Shown here: one piece after another, positions 10,333 through 21,658 of the stretch
Position numbering within the stretch: position 1 is the first letter of the stretch
Layout of the letters: every line of letters starts with the position of its first letter
Assembly: GCA_963675495.1 (NCBI GenBank)
Contig: OY776215.1
Location: 288,001-352,000, forward strand
Source: an uncultured Methanolobus sp.
GTDB taxonomy: Archaea > Halobacteriota > Methanosarcinia > Methanosarcinales > Methanosarcinaceae
Length of the DNA stretch: 64,000 nucleotides
Direction of reading: 5' to 3'
Notes under the pieces: generated by a model
The model's input: only the letters and a program-made list of their open reading frames with translations
Databases searched by the model: none
What the model was told of the DNA's origin: nothing
Translations under genes and position numbers: made by a program

Positions 10333-11025
10333 ATGATTATAGTAAGAGACCTGAAAAGGTGTTATGGCACAGGAAGCACGGCTGTCAAGGCTCTTAAGGG
10401 TGTTTCGTTCGAGATAAAAAAAGGAGAATTTGTAGCCATAATGGGTGCATCCGGGAGTGGAAAAACCACTCTCTTAAGGATTCTGGCATTGTTGGACGAT
10501 GCGACTGCCGGAGAATATACTATTAGGGGATTACAGGTTTCCAGCTTGCCTGAAGCAGAAAGGAGCTATTATAGGCTGACACAGGTCGGTTATGTATTTC
10601 AGGATTATGCACTCATTAATGAAATGACCTCTGCAGAAAATGTTTATGTGCTTTCCATGATGGAAGGTAAATCAAAAAAGGAAGCTTATGAAGTCGCACT
10701 TGATGCATTAGACAAGGTGGGTCTAAAAGATAAACATAACAGAGTCCCTGATGAATTATCCGGTGGGGAAAAACAGAGAGTGGCAATTGCAAGAGCAATA
10801 GCAAAAAAACCCGATATAATGTTTGCCGACGAGCCATGTGCAAACCTTGATACCAGAAACTCAAAACAGGTCCTGGACGTATTCAAAGAGCTGAACGATA
10901 AATATGGTCAGACGATTATAATGGTAACACATGAACCATGGCATACTGATTATGTTGACAGGGTGATTACCCTGGAAGATGGTAATTTAATTAGTGATGA
11001 GAGTAAAAACAAAAGTTGGGAGTAA
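10333..11025 (+). CDS. ABC transporter ATP-binding protein (LolD/MacB-like)
   Basis: Walker A GASGSGKT, LSGGEKQRVAIARA, DEP, VTH; ATG at 10333 follows the permease stop. Confidence 0.95.
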   Translation: MIIVRDLKRCYGTGSTAVKALKGVSFEIKKGEFVAIMGASGSGKTTLLRILALLDDATAGEYTIRGLQVSSLPEAERSYYRLTQVGYVFQDYALINEMTSAENVYVLSMMEGKSKKEAYEVALDALDKVGLKDKHNRVPDELSGGEKQRVAIARAIAKKPDIMFADEPCANLDTRNSKQVLDVFKELNDKYGQTIIMVTHEPWHTDYVDRVITLEDGNLISDESKNKSWE

Positions 11026-11059
11026 TAAGCACTCCAATATCAAGAGTTCATTAAGGCTA

Positions 11060-11659
11060 TCAGGGAAATATATCTTCAAGATAACTTGCAAGGACCTGTT
11101 CAACGTTGGTGTCCTTAGCTGCCGTCTTGCCACATTCCATAGATTCCATTATATGTGTTGGAAAAAGATAAACCCAACCACCTGTCACATCTATAATTGC
11201 GCGGAGCTTACTTCCCCCGGTTTTGAGAGCAAATTTAAGCTGGGACAGGCTGGACATGCCTTCAGGGACCATTAGGACGATGGAACCTGTAAAGAAATGA
11301 TAAATAAGGTCTTCTTTTATTGCAGGATCATAACTTATAGTAGTTTTTGAATCGATGGCTGTATTTGCCTTGAGATTATCAAGGACATCGTTATAGAGTT
11401 CACAGGTCCGGGTAAAGGGAGAAGTAAATTGCACGGTGTTTGAATCTTCGCAGTAGGATAGGGAATTTGGGTTTTCGACAATGTTGGCATGGATGTCAGA
11501 TTCAGTGATGCCGAACATTTTGGTATCTTCTCTGATTTTAACCAGTGGAATTTCGAAAGTAGGGTTCTTTTTGCCAATAGGGGATGATGAATAGTCTTCA
11601 ATGTACGTTGAAATTGTTGCTTCGATAAGGGCGTGTTTGACAGGTGTGGGCAATTTCAT
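11060..11659 (-). CDS. Hypothetical protein
   Basis: About 199-aa open frame with GGAG upstream of ATG 11659; no recognised motif. Confidence 0.6.
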   Translation of the reverse strand: MKLPTPVKHALIEATISTYIEDYSSSPIGKKNPTFEIPLVKIREDTKMFGITESDIHANIVENPNSLSYCEDSNTVQFTSPFTRTCELYNDVLDNLKANTAIDSKTTISYDPAIKEDLIYHFFTGSIVLMVPEGMSSLSQLKFALKTGGSKLRAIIDVTGGWVYLFPTHIMESMECGKTAAKDTNVEQVLASYLEDIFP

Positions 11660-12219
11660 GATGAAGGCTCCTCTGATAAAAAGTGTTCTTGGAATATTCA
11701 GGTCGGTCACGAAAGTGAATTAGAGTAGAAAATACTTAAAGCAACCAAAAGATGTTGTGAGAAAATGCATCCTCACAAGCAACTTTTCAATTTTAGCCCT
11801 GGCCAACTGGTCAATTGTTAAAAGAAATGATTGGCAGTATATTTGTTATAAATATTGATGCCAGTTAAATGAAAACTATCATTCTGCAGTGAATTTATTG
11901 ACACTGGAAATAGCATGAATGTTGTTTTCTGTTTTTACATTGCTTAATTTGACTCCATGTAATACAGGTGGTAATGGTGAAGTGGTAAATACTCGATTTT
12001 CTATTTTTTCTGACATGGCTGTTTCTCCTTTTTTGCTAAATCGTTTAAAGAGTTGTTTGCTGGCCATCTGCTAGGTAACCGGCATTCGTATACTTATTTA
12101 ATAGTATTTAAAACTTTGCATCATTGGTTATTTACTATGCAAATTTATAAAAAGGAATACTAAATTATAATTTTTTATCCAACAATGATCAGTCCGATCG
12201 ATTTCAAGAAAAAGGAAAT

Positions 12220-12313
12220 TGAGAAACTCATCGTCTTTTGGGATAGGTTTAGGTATCTCCTTTAGTTCAAGAACATCAGATGAACCATATCTTTTATACA
12301 CTACTGCTTTCAT
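12220..12313 (-). pseudogene. N-terminal fragment of an MDR-family (zinc-type ADH/quinone oxidoreductase) gene
   Basis: MKAVVYKRYGSSDVLELKEIPKPIPKDDE is the canonical MDR N-terminus; similarity stops after about 31 codons. Confidence 0.8.
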
Positions 12314-12372
12314 CCGAGTAACCCTCATTATTAGATGGGGTTTAACCACTAAATATTGTCTGAGAACACATT

Positions 12373-13080
12373 TTACTCTTCATTAATTTTCACTTCAGGT
12401 ATTTTGTGTCCCCTTAATAAAAGCCACAACATGAACAACAATTCTCCCCAACCCAGAACTATACTTATCTGAAGATCAAGGTTTGGAACGAGAAACCTGC
12501 CAAAATTATCGATCATATAGCTTAAACCTGCAATTATTAAAATAACTCCCAGAATACGGGGAATGTATCCAGACCTGAAGACTAAATATCCTAGGAGTGT
12601 AAGATGAAGACCAAAGAATACAAGGCCTACAGCCCATCCGTCACTGAATGCGTCCAGGGACAGCATCATATAAGCATGCAGCTGATCTGTTGAAAGTACT
12701 GTCAGGTAGTCTGCACCACTTAAAAGTAGTAAAGGAATGACAAGAAATATCAGACTGGATGCAAAGATTGTGGCATAAACCAACCTGAACCAGGCCATAA
12801 GCAGTGAAAGACCCTTGTTTACCGGTTTAAGTACAATATAGAATGCCCAGGCTACCAGCACATCAAGAATTATCACCACAATAAAGCTACAAATAGCCAT
12901 GCGAAACAGTTCCTCATTAGCCATGATATTGTTTGCTGTTCCGGTGGCATCTCCTGGTACAACAATACCTGGGAGGGCAAATGAGTGAGAAAAAAGAGCG
13001 AATATGGTCATTACCAGAAGCCCGAACCCTGCAATCATTGCAGCTTTGCGTTGTGATATATCGACGTTAAGGTTTGACAT
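12373..13080 (-). CDS. DUF4386 family membrane protein
   Basis: AMIAGFGLL, VVPGDATGTANNI, GLVFFGLHL..LGYLVFRSGYIPRILG, GELLFMLWLLLRG. Confidence 0.9.
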   Translation of the reverse strand: MSNLNVDISQRKAAMIAGFGLLVMTIFALFSHSFALPGIVVPGDATGTANNIMANEELFRMAICSFIVVIILDVLVAWAFYIVLKPVNKGLSLLMAWFRLVYATIFASSLIFLVIPLLLLSGADYLTVLSTDQLHAYMMLSLDAFSDGWAVGLVFFGLHLTLLGYLVFRSGYIPRILGVILIIAGLSYMIDNFGRFLVPNLDLQISIVLGWGELLFMLWLLLRGHKIPEVKINEE

Positions 13081-13189
13081 TTCAGTTTCTTCCTTACCGA
13101 TTAAATTTTATCGTGGGTTATTTTTATGACCACATTTCCTTTTTTATAAGAAATACAGAAAAACTGAATGAACTCAATCTGAGTTCCAC

Positions 13190-13597
13190 TTAATCTTCAC
13201 TAACAGAACTTTCATCCATATGAAATACTGCCCAAACATATCCATCAAGATCGTCAAAGCTACGTCCGTACATCCATTCATGATCCTGTGGTTCTGCTGC
13301 TTCTAAACCACCAGCTTTTACAGCTTTGTTTACCAGTTCATCAACTTTTTCCCTGCTTTCAGCAGACAGGGATATCGCCATCTGCGAATATTTTTTAGAA
13401 TCACATATCGGTTTCGTCGTAAATAACTGGAAAAGGCCTTCAGTTATTAACATTACAAAACTATCTTTGTTTACGATCATGCAGGTGCCGTTCTCATCTG
13501 ACAATTTGGGATCGAATTCAAAACCAAGTTTAGTGAAGAAATCAATTGATCTGTTGAGATCTTTCACAGGCAAATTGACGAAAAGTTGAGTATTCAT
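13190..13597 (-). CDS. VOC family glyoxalase/bleomycin-resistance protein
   Basis: LFVNLPVKDLNRSIDFFTKLGF ... MYGRSFDDLDGYVW. Confidence 0.9.
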   Translation of the reverse strand: MNTQLFVNLPVKDLNRSIDFFTKLGFEFDPKLSDENGTCMIVNKDSFVMLITEGLFQLFTTKPICDSKKYSQMAISLSAESREKVDELVNKAVKAGGLEAAEPQDHEWMYGRSFDDLDGYVWAVFHMDESSVSED

Positions 13598-13881
13598 AAT
13601 ATTAGCTTCTAATTCAAAGATTATAAGGTATTCTCTAAGAAATAAAAAGTGCTAAAATATTTCTGGTTTTGGTTTTAAATATATAATATCTTCAAACTAT
13701 TAACTCAAAAATTATGATGCATGATCATATACATTCATGTCAGAACATACCTATTAATAATGAATAATACTACATTGCTCTAATAAATCAACAAAGATAT
13801 ATCTAGTTGCAACGTTTTGTACAGAAAGTGTTGTGCAAAATTTTTTTAATATATTTTGAGTATTTATTGGTGGTGATATGA

Positions 13882-14667
13882 GTGAAGAAAACGTTGCTTG
13901 ATGTTATGCTAATGTCAGAGAAAAGAAAAAGAGTCCTCCTATTACTAAAGGATGAAGCAAAGGAAATGGAAGACATTCTCAAAACCTTATGTACTACCAG
14001 GCAAGCACTACTTCCTCAGTTAAAGATACTTGAAAAACATTTTCTTGTTAATCATTATGAAGACACTTATGAATTGACAAGTATGGGAAAAATAATAGTG
14101 GATGATGTGGCTCCCTTTTTAAATACTCTTGAAATTTTGGATTTAGATGTTGATTATTGGGGGACACACAATATTGACTTTATCCCGCCACATCTCTTGA
14201 AAAGAATGAATGAACTGCGAAAATGTGAGATAATAAAACCTTCTCATGCAGATATATACGACCTTAATAAAACAGTTATTGAATCATCCTTCATATCAAA
14301 TTCTCACCGTGCGCTTTGTACGTTTTATCATCCAGATTTCCCGAAGTTCTTCTCAGGCTTGATGCAGAATAATGCACATGTATATTTTGTTACAACCCCG
14401 GAAGTATTTGATAAATTGAAAAAACAGCATATAGAAGATTTTGAAAAACTTCTAGAAAAAAAACTGTTTCACTTTTATGTCTGCTCTGAAAAAATGAATT
14501 TTTTAGCTATGGTGTATAATGATCACCACCTCCTTCTACGCCCACTTAAAAATAACGGAGAAATTGATAGTAACCATATTCTATGTTCAAATCCAGGTTC
14601 ACTTGAATGGGGAAATGATCTATTTCAACATTACATGAAAAATTCAATCCATATCACTGAAATCTGA
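13882..14667 (+). CDS. Winged-helix transcriptional regulator with DUF1724 (COG4742) domain
   Basis: SEKRKRVLLLL...TRQALLPQLKILE...YELTSMG, YWGTHNIDFIPPHLL, WGNDLFQHY; Methanosarcinaceae-expanded family. Confidence 0.9.
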   Translation: MKKTLLDVMLMSEKRKRVLLLLKDEAKEMEDILKTLCTTRQALLPQLKILEKHFLVNHYEDTYELTSMGKIIVDDVAPFLNTLEILDLDVDYWGTHNIDFIPPHLLKRMNELRKCEIIKPSHADIYDLNKTVIESSFISNSHRALCTFYHPDFPKFFSGLMQNNAHVYFVTTPEVFDKLKKQHIEDFEKLLEKKLFHFYVCSEKMNFLAMVYNDHHLLLRPLKNNGEIDSNHILCSNPGSLEWGNDLFQHYMKNSIHITEI

Positions 14668-14816
14668 GTGCTGTTTACTTTTTTATTTGTAAAAGTATTC
14701 TCCAACAAAAAGAAAAACTGTCGCAATTATAAACAATAAACCCACAATAATTGCGGCATATCTGTTAAGGGAATTGTTTCATCTCTTTTATTGCCAAACA
14801 ACATACTGAATCGATC

Positions 14817-15536
14817 TTAAGACATGGTCTCTGTTATTTTTCTCCCTTTCAATAGAAGCCACAAGGTAAATGATAATTCCCCAATTACCCCGGGAACGAC
14901 AACTATCAGCATAAATATTGCTTCGTAATCTGTGTAATTGACCAAAAGGACATTTGCAAAGCTATCGATAAGATAGCCTAAAGATGCAATTACCAACAGA
15001 ATACCAATAAATTTTGGAATATAACCTGACTTGAAAATTAAGTAACCAAGAACAAACAGATGAATACCAAAGAATATCAAACCAATTAGCCATGTATCGT
15101 TAAACGCAGCCATGAATAGCATTACATGAGCTTGCAATTGACTTGTATCAAGTAATGCAAGATAATTAGTATCATCTAAGAGTCTCAAGACACTAAAAAG
15201 GTTATACAAAGCAATTCCAAAAATAGTTGCATTCACGAGTCTTAGCCATGCTGCAAGCAGTGAAAGACTATTGGACACTGGTTTGAGTAGAATATAAAGC
15301 GCCCAGGCCACCACCACATCAAAAATAACCATGATGATAAATCCAAGAATGCCTAAACGAAACTGCCATTCATTGGTCATGAGATTGTTTACGGTTCTTG
15401 CAGCATCTCCCGGTACTATGAGATTTTCAAGAACAAAGAAATTAGCCAGGATTCCAAGTACAAATATGACCAGGTAACTAAAACCAGCAATAATTGCAGC
15501 TTTACGTAGTGATATATCTCCGATAAGGTCTGTCAT
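14817..15536 (-). CDS. DUF4386 family membrane protein
   Basis: Paralogue of 12373..13080 (IVPGDAARTVNNL, GLIFFGIHL..LGYLIFKSGYIPK, GELSFTLWLLLKG). Confidence 0.9.
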   Translation of the reverse strand: MTDLIGDISLRKAAIIAGFSYLVIFVLGILANFFVLENLIVPGDAARTVNNLMTNEWQFRLGILGFIIMVIFDVVVAWALYILLKPVSNSLSLLAAWLRLVNATIFGIALYNLFSVLRLLDDTNYLALLDTSQLQAHVMLFMAAFNDTWLIGLIFFGIHLFVLGYLIFKSGYIPKFIGILLVIASLGYLIDSFANVLLVNYTDYEAIFMLIVVVPGVIGELSFTLWLLLKGRKITETMS

Positions 15537-15759
15537 TTGAATTACGCCCCACAATTAAAGTTTTACTGGATATGATATTTATATTTGTCTCAATTAGAAT
15601 GCTGAAGTATACTGTTGAAAAGCAGGATTAAGAAGAGATTTGGCAGAAGACAATGCGTATGTATCATTCAGAATAGAAGAAGATCCTGGCTTCTTTCATT
15701 TCCAGCTCAAATTATAGTCTTATTCCAATAAAGCTGCAAAATAGTATATTCACAAATAA

Positions 15760-16524
15760 TCACACTGACCTGAAAAGACGAAAGCCAAGGGAGTAGGAAC
15801 CGTAGTTCGGGTCGAAACTGCTGCGATAGGCAGAACGACATTTCCTGGGGTAATTGACCCAACCACCGCCACGCAGGACAAGGCCGGGAATGGTACCAGC
15901 TACCTGGGCACTACTATCAACAGGAGCAAACTCATAACTTCTATGATATTCGTTATGACACCATTCCCAAACATTACCATGCATATCATATAATCCCCAT
16001 GGATTCGGTTTTTTTTGACCAACTGAATGGGTTTTATGTTCTGAATTACCATAATACCAGGCGTACTCACCCAACTCCGGATCAGCATCACCAAATGAAT
16101 ATATAGTAGTTGTACCAGCTCTGCAGGCATATTCCCATTCAGCTTCGGATGGAAGGCGGTATTTATCGGTGTCTTCCTTTGTGTTCAACCTTTTAACAAA
16201 CTCCTGTACATTATTCCAGGAAACGCATTCAACGGGTCTGTCATCTCCTTCAAAACATGAAGGATGGTTGGCCATCACAGCTTTCCACTCTCTCTGAGTC
16301 ACTAAATATTTTCCAAGATAGAATGGTTTTGAGATGGTTACTTTATGAACCGGTTCTTCATATCTGCATTCATTTGAATACATCCAGAAGTCACCAGCTG
16401 GGATAGGTACGAACTCCATACCAATAGAATTCATTATAGATGCAACAGGATTTTTCTTCTTGGATTCTGCATGCTTTTTTTCAATATGCTCATCTTTTTT
16501 GTGCTTTATCTCAATATCATCCAT
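15760..16524 (-). CDS. Formylglycine-generating enzyme (FGE-sulfatase/SUMF1) family protein
   Basis: NSIGMEFVPIPAG, YRLPSEAEWEYACRAG, PNPWGLYDMHGNVWEW, RGGGW, LGFRL. Confidence 0.93.
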   Translation of the reverse strand: MDDIEIKHKKDEHIEKKHAESKKKNPVASIMNSIGMEFVPIPAGDFWMYSNECRYEEPVHKVTISKPFYLGKYLVTQREWKAVMANHPSCFEGDDRPVECVSWNNVQEFVKRLNTKEDTDKYRLPSEAEWEYACRAGTTTIYSFGDADPELGEYAWYYGNSEHKTHSVGQKKPNPWGLYDMHGNVWEWCHNEYHRSYEFAPVDSSAQVAGTIPGLVLRGGGWVNYPRKCRSAYRSSFDPNYGSYSLGFRLFRSV

Positions 16525-16689
16525 TGTTTCACCAACCATGGTTCTCTGTTTTGAGAAAGTTATCCTATTTTAATGGCTAATAAGATTATAGTTAACTTTG
16601 AATTTATGAGTTATGCAAAAAATTAAGCAAATGAGAATAAGTTAAATTTTCAAGCTAGAAATGTAAGAGAATTGTTCGTATTAAATGTT

Positions 16690-16718
16690 AAAAAAGAGTG
16701 GCTCAATCACTCTTTTTT
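16690..16718. terminator. Inverted repeat with A/T-run flanks downstream of hcp
   Basis: AAAAAAGAGTG-gctcaat-CACTCTTTTTT; a second hairpin (AATTTCCG..CAATTG..CAATTG..CGGAAATT) lies at about 16741-16778. Confidence 0.6.
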
Positions 16719-16817
16719 TCATGGGTATAAATGTTAACCCAATTTCCGCAGCAATTGGAAAAGCAATTGTCGGAAATTCGACACCTTTAATTTGCAACTT
16801 CCTTAATATCGTCTTGT

Positions 16818-18452
16818 TTATTTTAAGAGCCTCTCCATGTCCTCTTCTACGGTGGTGTTCGGTGTCATGTTGAACTTCTCAACCAGCACATTGAGAACAT
16901 TAGGTGAAACAAATGCTGGCAGTGTTGGACCTAGCGTAATATCCTGTATCTCAAGCCGCAGGAGAGTGAGTAACACAAGGACTGCCTTTTGTTCGTACCA
17001 GGCAATGTTGTATGAGATAGGGGCTTCATTAACATCTGTGAATCCAAGTCTGGCCATAAGTCCCTGTGCAATAACAATCAGTGAAAATGAATCATTACAC
17101 TGTCCTGCATCCAGTACTCTTGGAATTCCATCAATGTCCCCAAGGTTAAGTTTATTATAGCGATATTTTGCACATCCGGCGGTAAGTATTACAGTATCTT
17201 TGGGCAATGCCTCCGCGAAATCCGTGTAATACTGCCTGTTCTTGTGACGCCCGTCACAGCCTGCCATGACAATGAACTTCTTTATCTTGCCTGCTTTAAC
17301 GGCTTCAACTATTTTGTCTGCATTAGATAATACTGAGTTGTAAGCAAAACCGCCCATGATGCTACCTTCTTCCAGTTGCACCGGAGGTTCACAGGTCTTT
17401 GCCTGCTCGATAATGACCGAGAAATCTTTCTTACCATCTTCAGCTACTATATGTGTGGCACCGTCATAACCTACGGAACCTGTAGTATATAATCTGTCAA
17501 TATAGGTCTTCTTTGGAGGGACTATACAGTTGCTTGTCAGTAATATTGGTCCGTTGAAACTCTCGAATTCCTGCTTCTGGCGCCACCATGAGCCACCGTA
17601 ATTGCCTACCAGATGTTCGTACTTCTTAAATACCGGATATGAATTTGCAGGTAGCATCTCACCGTGAGTATAGACATCAACACCGGTTCCTTCTGTTTGG
17701 TCAAGAAGCTGTTTCATGTCATTTAGATCATGTCCACTTATAAGGATACCCGGCTTATCTCTTGTTCCAATATTAACCTCTGTAGGTTCCGGATTTCCGA
17801 ATGTTGCGGTGTTCACCTTATCAAGGTCTGCCATTACATCAAAACCCTTTTCCCCACATTTCAGAACCAATGAAATTAGGTTCTTATCAGTCAGGTTGTC
17901 ATCCGTGGTTGCAACAAGACCTTCTTCTATGAATGAATTAACTTTTTTATTGACATTACCAAGCATCATAGCATGATGTGCATATGCTGCAATTCCTTTG
18001 ATGCCAAAGATCAACAGTTCTCTTAATGACCTGATATCTTCGTTCTCTGTTGCAAGTATGCCGGTATCCCTGTCCTTGAGGTTTTCCGGGCTCACAGTTG
18101 CTATCTCAGGCAGATCGTTCTTATCAAGTGCATTGTTATCCAGAAGTTTCCGCTTGATCTCACTTTGAATCTTGAATCCTCTGTCAATGCGGTCCTGAAT
18201 TCCGCTTATTCTGAAGTCGGTATTTGTTATGGTTGCAAACAGTGCATCGAGCATGAAATCATCAGTACTCTCTTCAGAAAGTTTTGCCATTCTTGCTTTC
18301 TGGTTATAGAATGCAACGCTTTTAAGCACATAGATGAGATCATCCTGAAGATCTGCAACTTCCCCTTTCTTACCGCACATACCGTTTTTTGTGCAGCCTT
18401 CCCCATTCATTGTTTCTTCACACTGATAACAGAACATTTTTGTCACCTTCAT
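16818..18452 (-). CDS. hcp: Hydroxylamine reductase (hybrid-cluster protein)
   Basis: MFCYQCEE...[49 protein letters not shown]. Confidence 0.97.
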   Translation of the reverse strand: MKVTKMFCYQCEETMNGEGCTKNGMCGKKGEVADLQDDLIYVLKSVAFYNQKARMAKLSEESTDDFMLDALFATITNTDFRISGIQDRIDRGFKIQSEIKRKLLDNNALDKNDLPEIATVSPENLKDRDTGILATENEDIRSLRELLIFGIKGIAAYAHHAMMLGNVNKKVNSFIEEGLVATTDDNLTDKNLISLVLKCGEKGFDVMADLDKVNTATFGNPEPTEVNIGTRDKPGILISGHDLNDMKQLLDQTEGTGVDVYTHGEMLPANSYPVFKKYEHLVGNYGGSWWRQKQEFESFNGPILLTSNCIVPPKKTYIDRLYTTGSVGYDGATHIVAEDGKKDFSVIIEQAKTCEPPVQLEEGSIMGGFAYNSVLSNADKIVEAVKAGKIKKFIVMAGCDGRHKNRQYYTDFAEALPKDTVILTAGCAKYRYNKLNLGDIDGIPRVLDAGQCNDSFSLIVIAQGLMARLGFTDVNEAPISYNIAWYEQKAVLVLLTLLRLEIQDITLGPTLPAFVSPNVLNVLVEKFNMTPNTTVEEDMERLLK

Positions 18453-18568
18453 TTAGTAGGTATGATGCATAGGTATATCTATTTACTCTCATATCTTAGT
18501 TTATACATCCTTTAGATTGTGTTCTTTTGCTCCCTTTATTTCAATGAATTAATCAATACATATACCAC

Positions 18569-19093
18569 TTACCTTTTTGCATAATGCAACATTGCCATTC
18601 CATTCACAGTCTTATTCTCTAATAGTTTCAACTCGAACTCTGGATTGCTATCTTTGAAAAGAGGGATTCCTCCTCCCAGAATACAAGGTATAACAGTAAT
18701 GAAGTATTCATCGATCAGGTCTTTCTTTATGAATTCGTCAATGACTCCTGCACCACCTATTAACCAGATGTCTTTGCCATCCTCTTTTCTTAATTTTGCA
18801 ATGAGGTCAGCGGCATTTTCATCAATAAATTCAACATCTTCGTTGTTGTCCCTCTTTTCTGATGTGTAAACGTATCCTTTGGTTCCCTTGTATGGATATT
18901 CACCGAAAGTAAGTATCTGCTTGTATGTTTTTCGACCCATTATCACTGTATCAATTAATCCATAAAATTTATCGTAACCTAGATCAACATTCGGTTCAGA
19001 GTCATCACCTTCCAGCCAGTCCACATCTCCGTTCTTTCGTGCGATATAGCCATCCAGACTCATTGCAATATACAAAATAACATTTCTACTCAT
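18569..19093 (-). CDS. Dihydrofolate reductase-like (RibD C-terminal) protein
   Basis: ILYIAMSLDGYIA, MGRKTY, IWLIGGAG, LGGGIPLF; start MSRNV after GGAG. Confidence 0.92.
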   Translation of the reverse strand: MSRNVILYIAMSLDGYIARKNGDVDWLEGDDSEPNVDLGYDKFYGLIDTVIMGRKTYKQILTFGEYPYKGTKGYVYTSEKRDNNEDVEFIDENAADLIAKLRKEDGKDIWLIGGAGVIDEFIKKDLIDEYFITVIPCILGGGIPLFKDSNPEFELKLLENKTVNGMAMLHYAKR

Positions 19094-19629
19094 CTTTTCT
19101 CCACCTTTTGATTTTTCAAAAAAGAACATTCAATTTTGAGTGCTTGTTTCACATTATTCATGACCTGGTTTTCTCGTCGAGTCCTCTGGAGAGTATCTCT
19201 CATAAGAAGCATATCTGTCCCTCGTAGATCCCCGAGTATCTACAATTTCAACCTCCTGGATTTTTTAGCACCGTTGGTTGCAGAAGGTCTTGGAACTCTT
19301 TAAGTGCTTACTAGTTCTAACATCGTCGGATTGTCCAATGTTTTTATCTGAGTAAAGTACAGATATAATCTTGCACTGAAGTTCCTGTTACTGTCAGGTT
19401 TCCCGCCATTAACTATCTTATTGTAATACATGTTAAAGCTTTCAAAAAAATCTGTTCAGACAAGATAGTTAATTAAATATGTGCATGTTGGGAAGTATGT
19501 TGCATTACATGGAAAAAAGAGCAGAAGGACGACAAATTATTTGGTTAAAATGTTTATGTAAATAAAAAGCTGCTGATATGGAAATACTAAGCACTAACAA
19601 ATTCCTTCCTTAGCAAAACGGAGCATAAA

Positions 19630-20103
19630 ATGAACAAGATCGAAATTCGAAAAGCAAATGCAAATGATCTCCCAAAAATGCAAGAAATTGCAAGACGGAC
19701 TATAGACAAATGCTATAAGTCATTTTTAGGAGATGAAAATGTTGACTGGTACATTAACAGCGGTGAATCAGATAAAGAGATCCAAAAACATATTGAGAAT
19801 ACTGATGTACTGATAAGAAACGATGAAATAATAGCTATGGCTATCTATTTTGAAGACTTCATTCATTTAATGATGGTTGATGTTGATCTTCAGCGTGGTG
19901 GTATTGGCTCACAACTTCTTGCTCATTGCGAGAAGCAAATTTCCAATCACGGTCATCTGACTATGCGTCTTGAAACATTTGAGGCAAATCATCAGGCAGT
20001 TCATTTCTACAAGAAAAATGGATGGACTATTACCAGGAAACAGAAAGAAGAAGAAATGGATGTGAGCAGGGTATTTTTAGAGAAAGAAGCAGCTCATAAG
20101 TGA
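19630..20103 (+). CDS. GNAT family N-acetyltransferase
   Basis: QRGGIGSQLL acetyl-CoA motif, N..AVHFYKKNGW. Confidence 0.9.
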   Translation: MNKIEIRKANANDLPKMQEIARRTIDKCYKSFLGDENVDWYINSGESDKEIQKHIENTDVLIRNDEIIAMAIYFEDFIHLMMVDVDLQRGGIGSQLLAHCEKQISNHGHLTMRLETFEANHQAVHFYKKNGWTITRKQKEEEMDVSRVFLEKEAAHK

Positions 20104-20181
20104 CACAGTATTTGAAAAAAGATAAAAGAAAGAGTTCTACCTCTTTCCCAAGATTGTCTCCTAAACTAAACAACAGATCAT

Positions 20182-20598
20182 TTAAGCCCAACCAATCTGC
20201 TGGAGGGTGATCATATCATTCCAGATCTTAGTCATGTGTTTGATCAGATGGCCTTCGAATATCATCAGATAAGCATAGTCTGCTGCAGCGGTCTTACCTG
20301 TCGGCGGTACCGGACCTCCAGGACCTGTCTGTGTACCATGGAACACTGCACAGGCTGAAACGCTATTTCGTTCCTCGTCTTCCGCCAAGAAGAGCAGCTC
20401 ATAATGCCCATCAGGTATTGGTATCAGTAAGTTCTTCATCCATTCAGTGTACCCTTCCACCGTGTTTATTCCATCCAATGCACCTGCCTGAGCAGAGAAT
20501 GTTGCATCAGGCTGACAATATTGCATGCAGCCTTCCCATCCTTTTCCAGTTTCACATGCCTCGTAAAACAGTTTTGCTATTTCTAAATTTTTGCTCAC
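20182..20598 (-). CDS. SnoaL-like ester cyclase / NTF2-fold protein
   Basis: FYEACETGKGW, FHGTQTGPGGPVPPTGK, HMTKIWND; GTG start after GGAGG. Confidence 0.85.
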   Translation of the reverse strand: MSKNLEIAKLFYEACETGKGWEGCMQYCQPDATFSAQAGALDGINTVEGYTEWMKNLLIPIPDGHYELLFLAEDEERNSVSACAVFHGTQTGPGGPVPPTGKTAAADYAYLMIFEGHLIKHMTKIWNDMITLQQIGWA

Positions 20599-20720
20599 CT
20601 TTCAACCTCCATTTCCCGTCAAATATCATTCAACATAATATTTCAGCGTGATTCTATATATACCATTTCCAATCGCACTTTACACTAGGAACAAAGATCA
20701 ATAAAGGAAAATAATTTGTA

Positions 20721-21566
20721 TCAGATCGATATGAGGAGTATAGCGGTCAGAGAGGCTATTATTCCTATCCATTGACGTGAATCAAGTTGTTCTTTTAATA
20801 ATATACATGCCAACAATACTGTAACTGCAGGACTCAATGATGAAAGAATTGTGGCAACATCCAATCTCCCAGTTTCTAAAGCCAGAGCAAACAAGGTAAC
20901 ACCTCCCGTATTAAACAATCCTGCAAGGATAACTATCAGAATTGCATTATGTGTGGGTTTACTGATAGTCTTTGTTAACATTATGAATGCTGTTAGCATG
21001 ATAAATGCTGTAATTCTTGAAACTGTTAATGACCAGTAAATCGCAGTGGAACTGAAATTATCAATGGATATAAAAAACAAGCCAAATAATATACCTGCAA
21101 GTAGTGGATATTCCAGATCTTTTACCTTTAAATTCGATCTACTATCAATACTAACAATGAACCGTATTCCAATAAATGCAAAAATAAAACCCGTAATCTT
21201 AAAAATAGAAGGAATACCCTCATTTAAAATTGAATATATTACAGGTATGATTACCGATATGACCGCAGCCAGAGTAGCAACTATAGTCATTTTTCCTTTG
21301 GCCATACCCAAATATAATACTATCAACCCTGCAGCTCCAAAGAATCCGGCAAAAACACCCCATATGAGATTGTTGAGTGGTGGTGGGGTCTCTGAAAATG
21401 CAAATGCAAGAATTGGGAATGTAATAATACCCATAATTTGTGTGCCCAGAACCACATAATAAGCACTTGTCCGTCTGGCAGCATACCCTCCTACAAAATC
21501 CCCTGCACCCCATGATAGTGCAGATGCAAGCCCAAAAATAATCGCGAGAGTTTCGATAGGTATCAT
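20721..21566 (-). CDS. EamA/DMT family transporter
   Basis: About 10 TMs; ALSWGAGDFVGG; LSSLSPAVTVLLA..LLKE. Confidence 0.9.
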   Translation of the reverse strand: MIPIETLAIIFGLASALSWGAGDFVGGYAARRTSAYYVVLGTQIMGIITFPILAFAFSETPPPLNNLIWGVFAGFFGAAGLIVLYLGMAKGKMTIVATLAAVISVIIPVIYSILNEGIPSIFKITGFIFAFIGIRFIVSIDSRSNLKVKDLEYPLLAGILFGLFFISIDNFSSTAIYWSLTVSRITAFIMLTAFIMLTKTISKPTHNAILIVILAGLFNTGGVTLFALALETGRLDVATILSSLSPAVTVLLACILLKEQLDSRQWIGIIASLTAILLISI

Positions 21567-21658
21567 TTTATTTTCCCAGTGATTTTCAAATGTGCCACAC
21601 AACACCATAATTTTTTAAAAATATGGGTGTTGTATAAAAATAAATCGAGATTTTTAGT

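Noticed and set aside
15760-16524. FGE-fold protein as a diversity-generating retroelement target
   Set aside because: No reverse transcriptase and no template repeat of its 3' end found in the window.
19140-19420. Possible decayed gene between the DHFR-like and GNAT genes
   Set aside because: Slightly GC-richer and coding-like, but no frame gave a recognisable motif.
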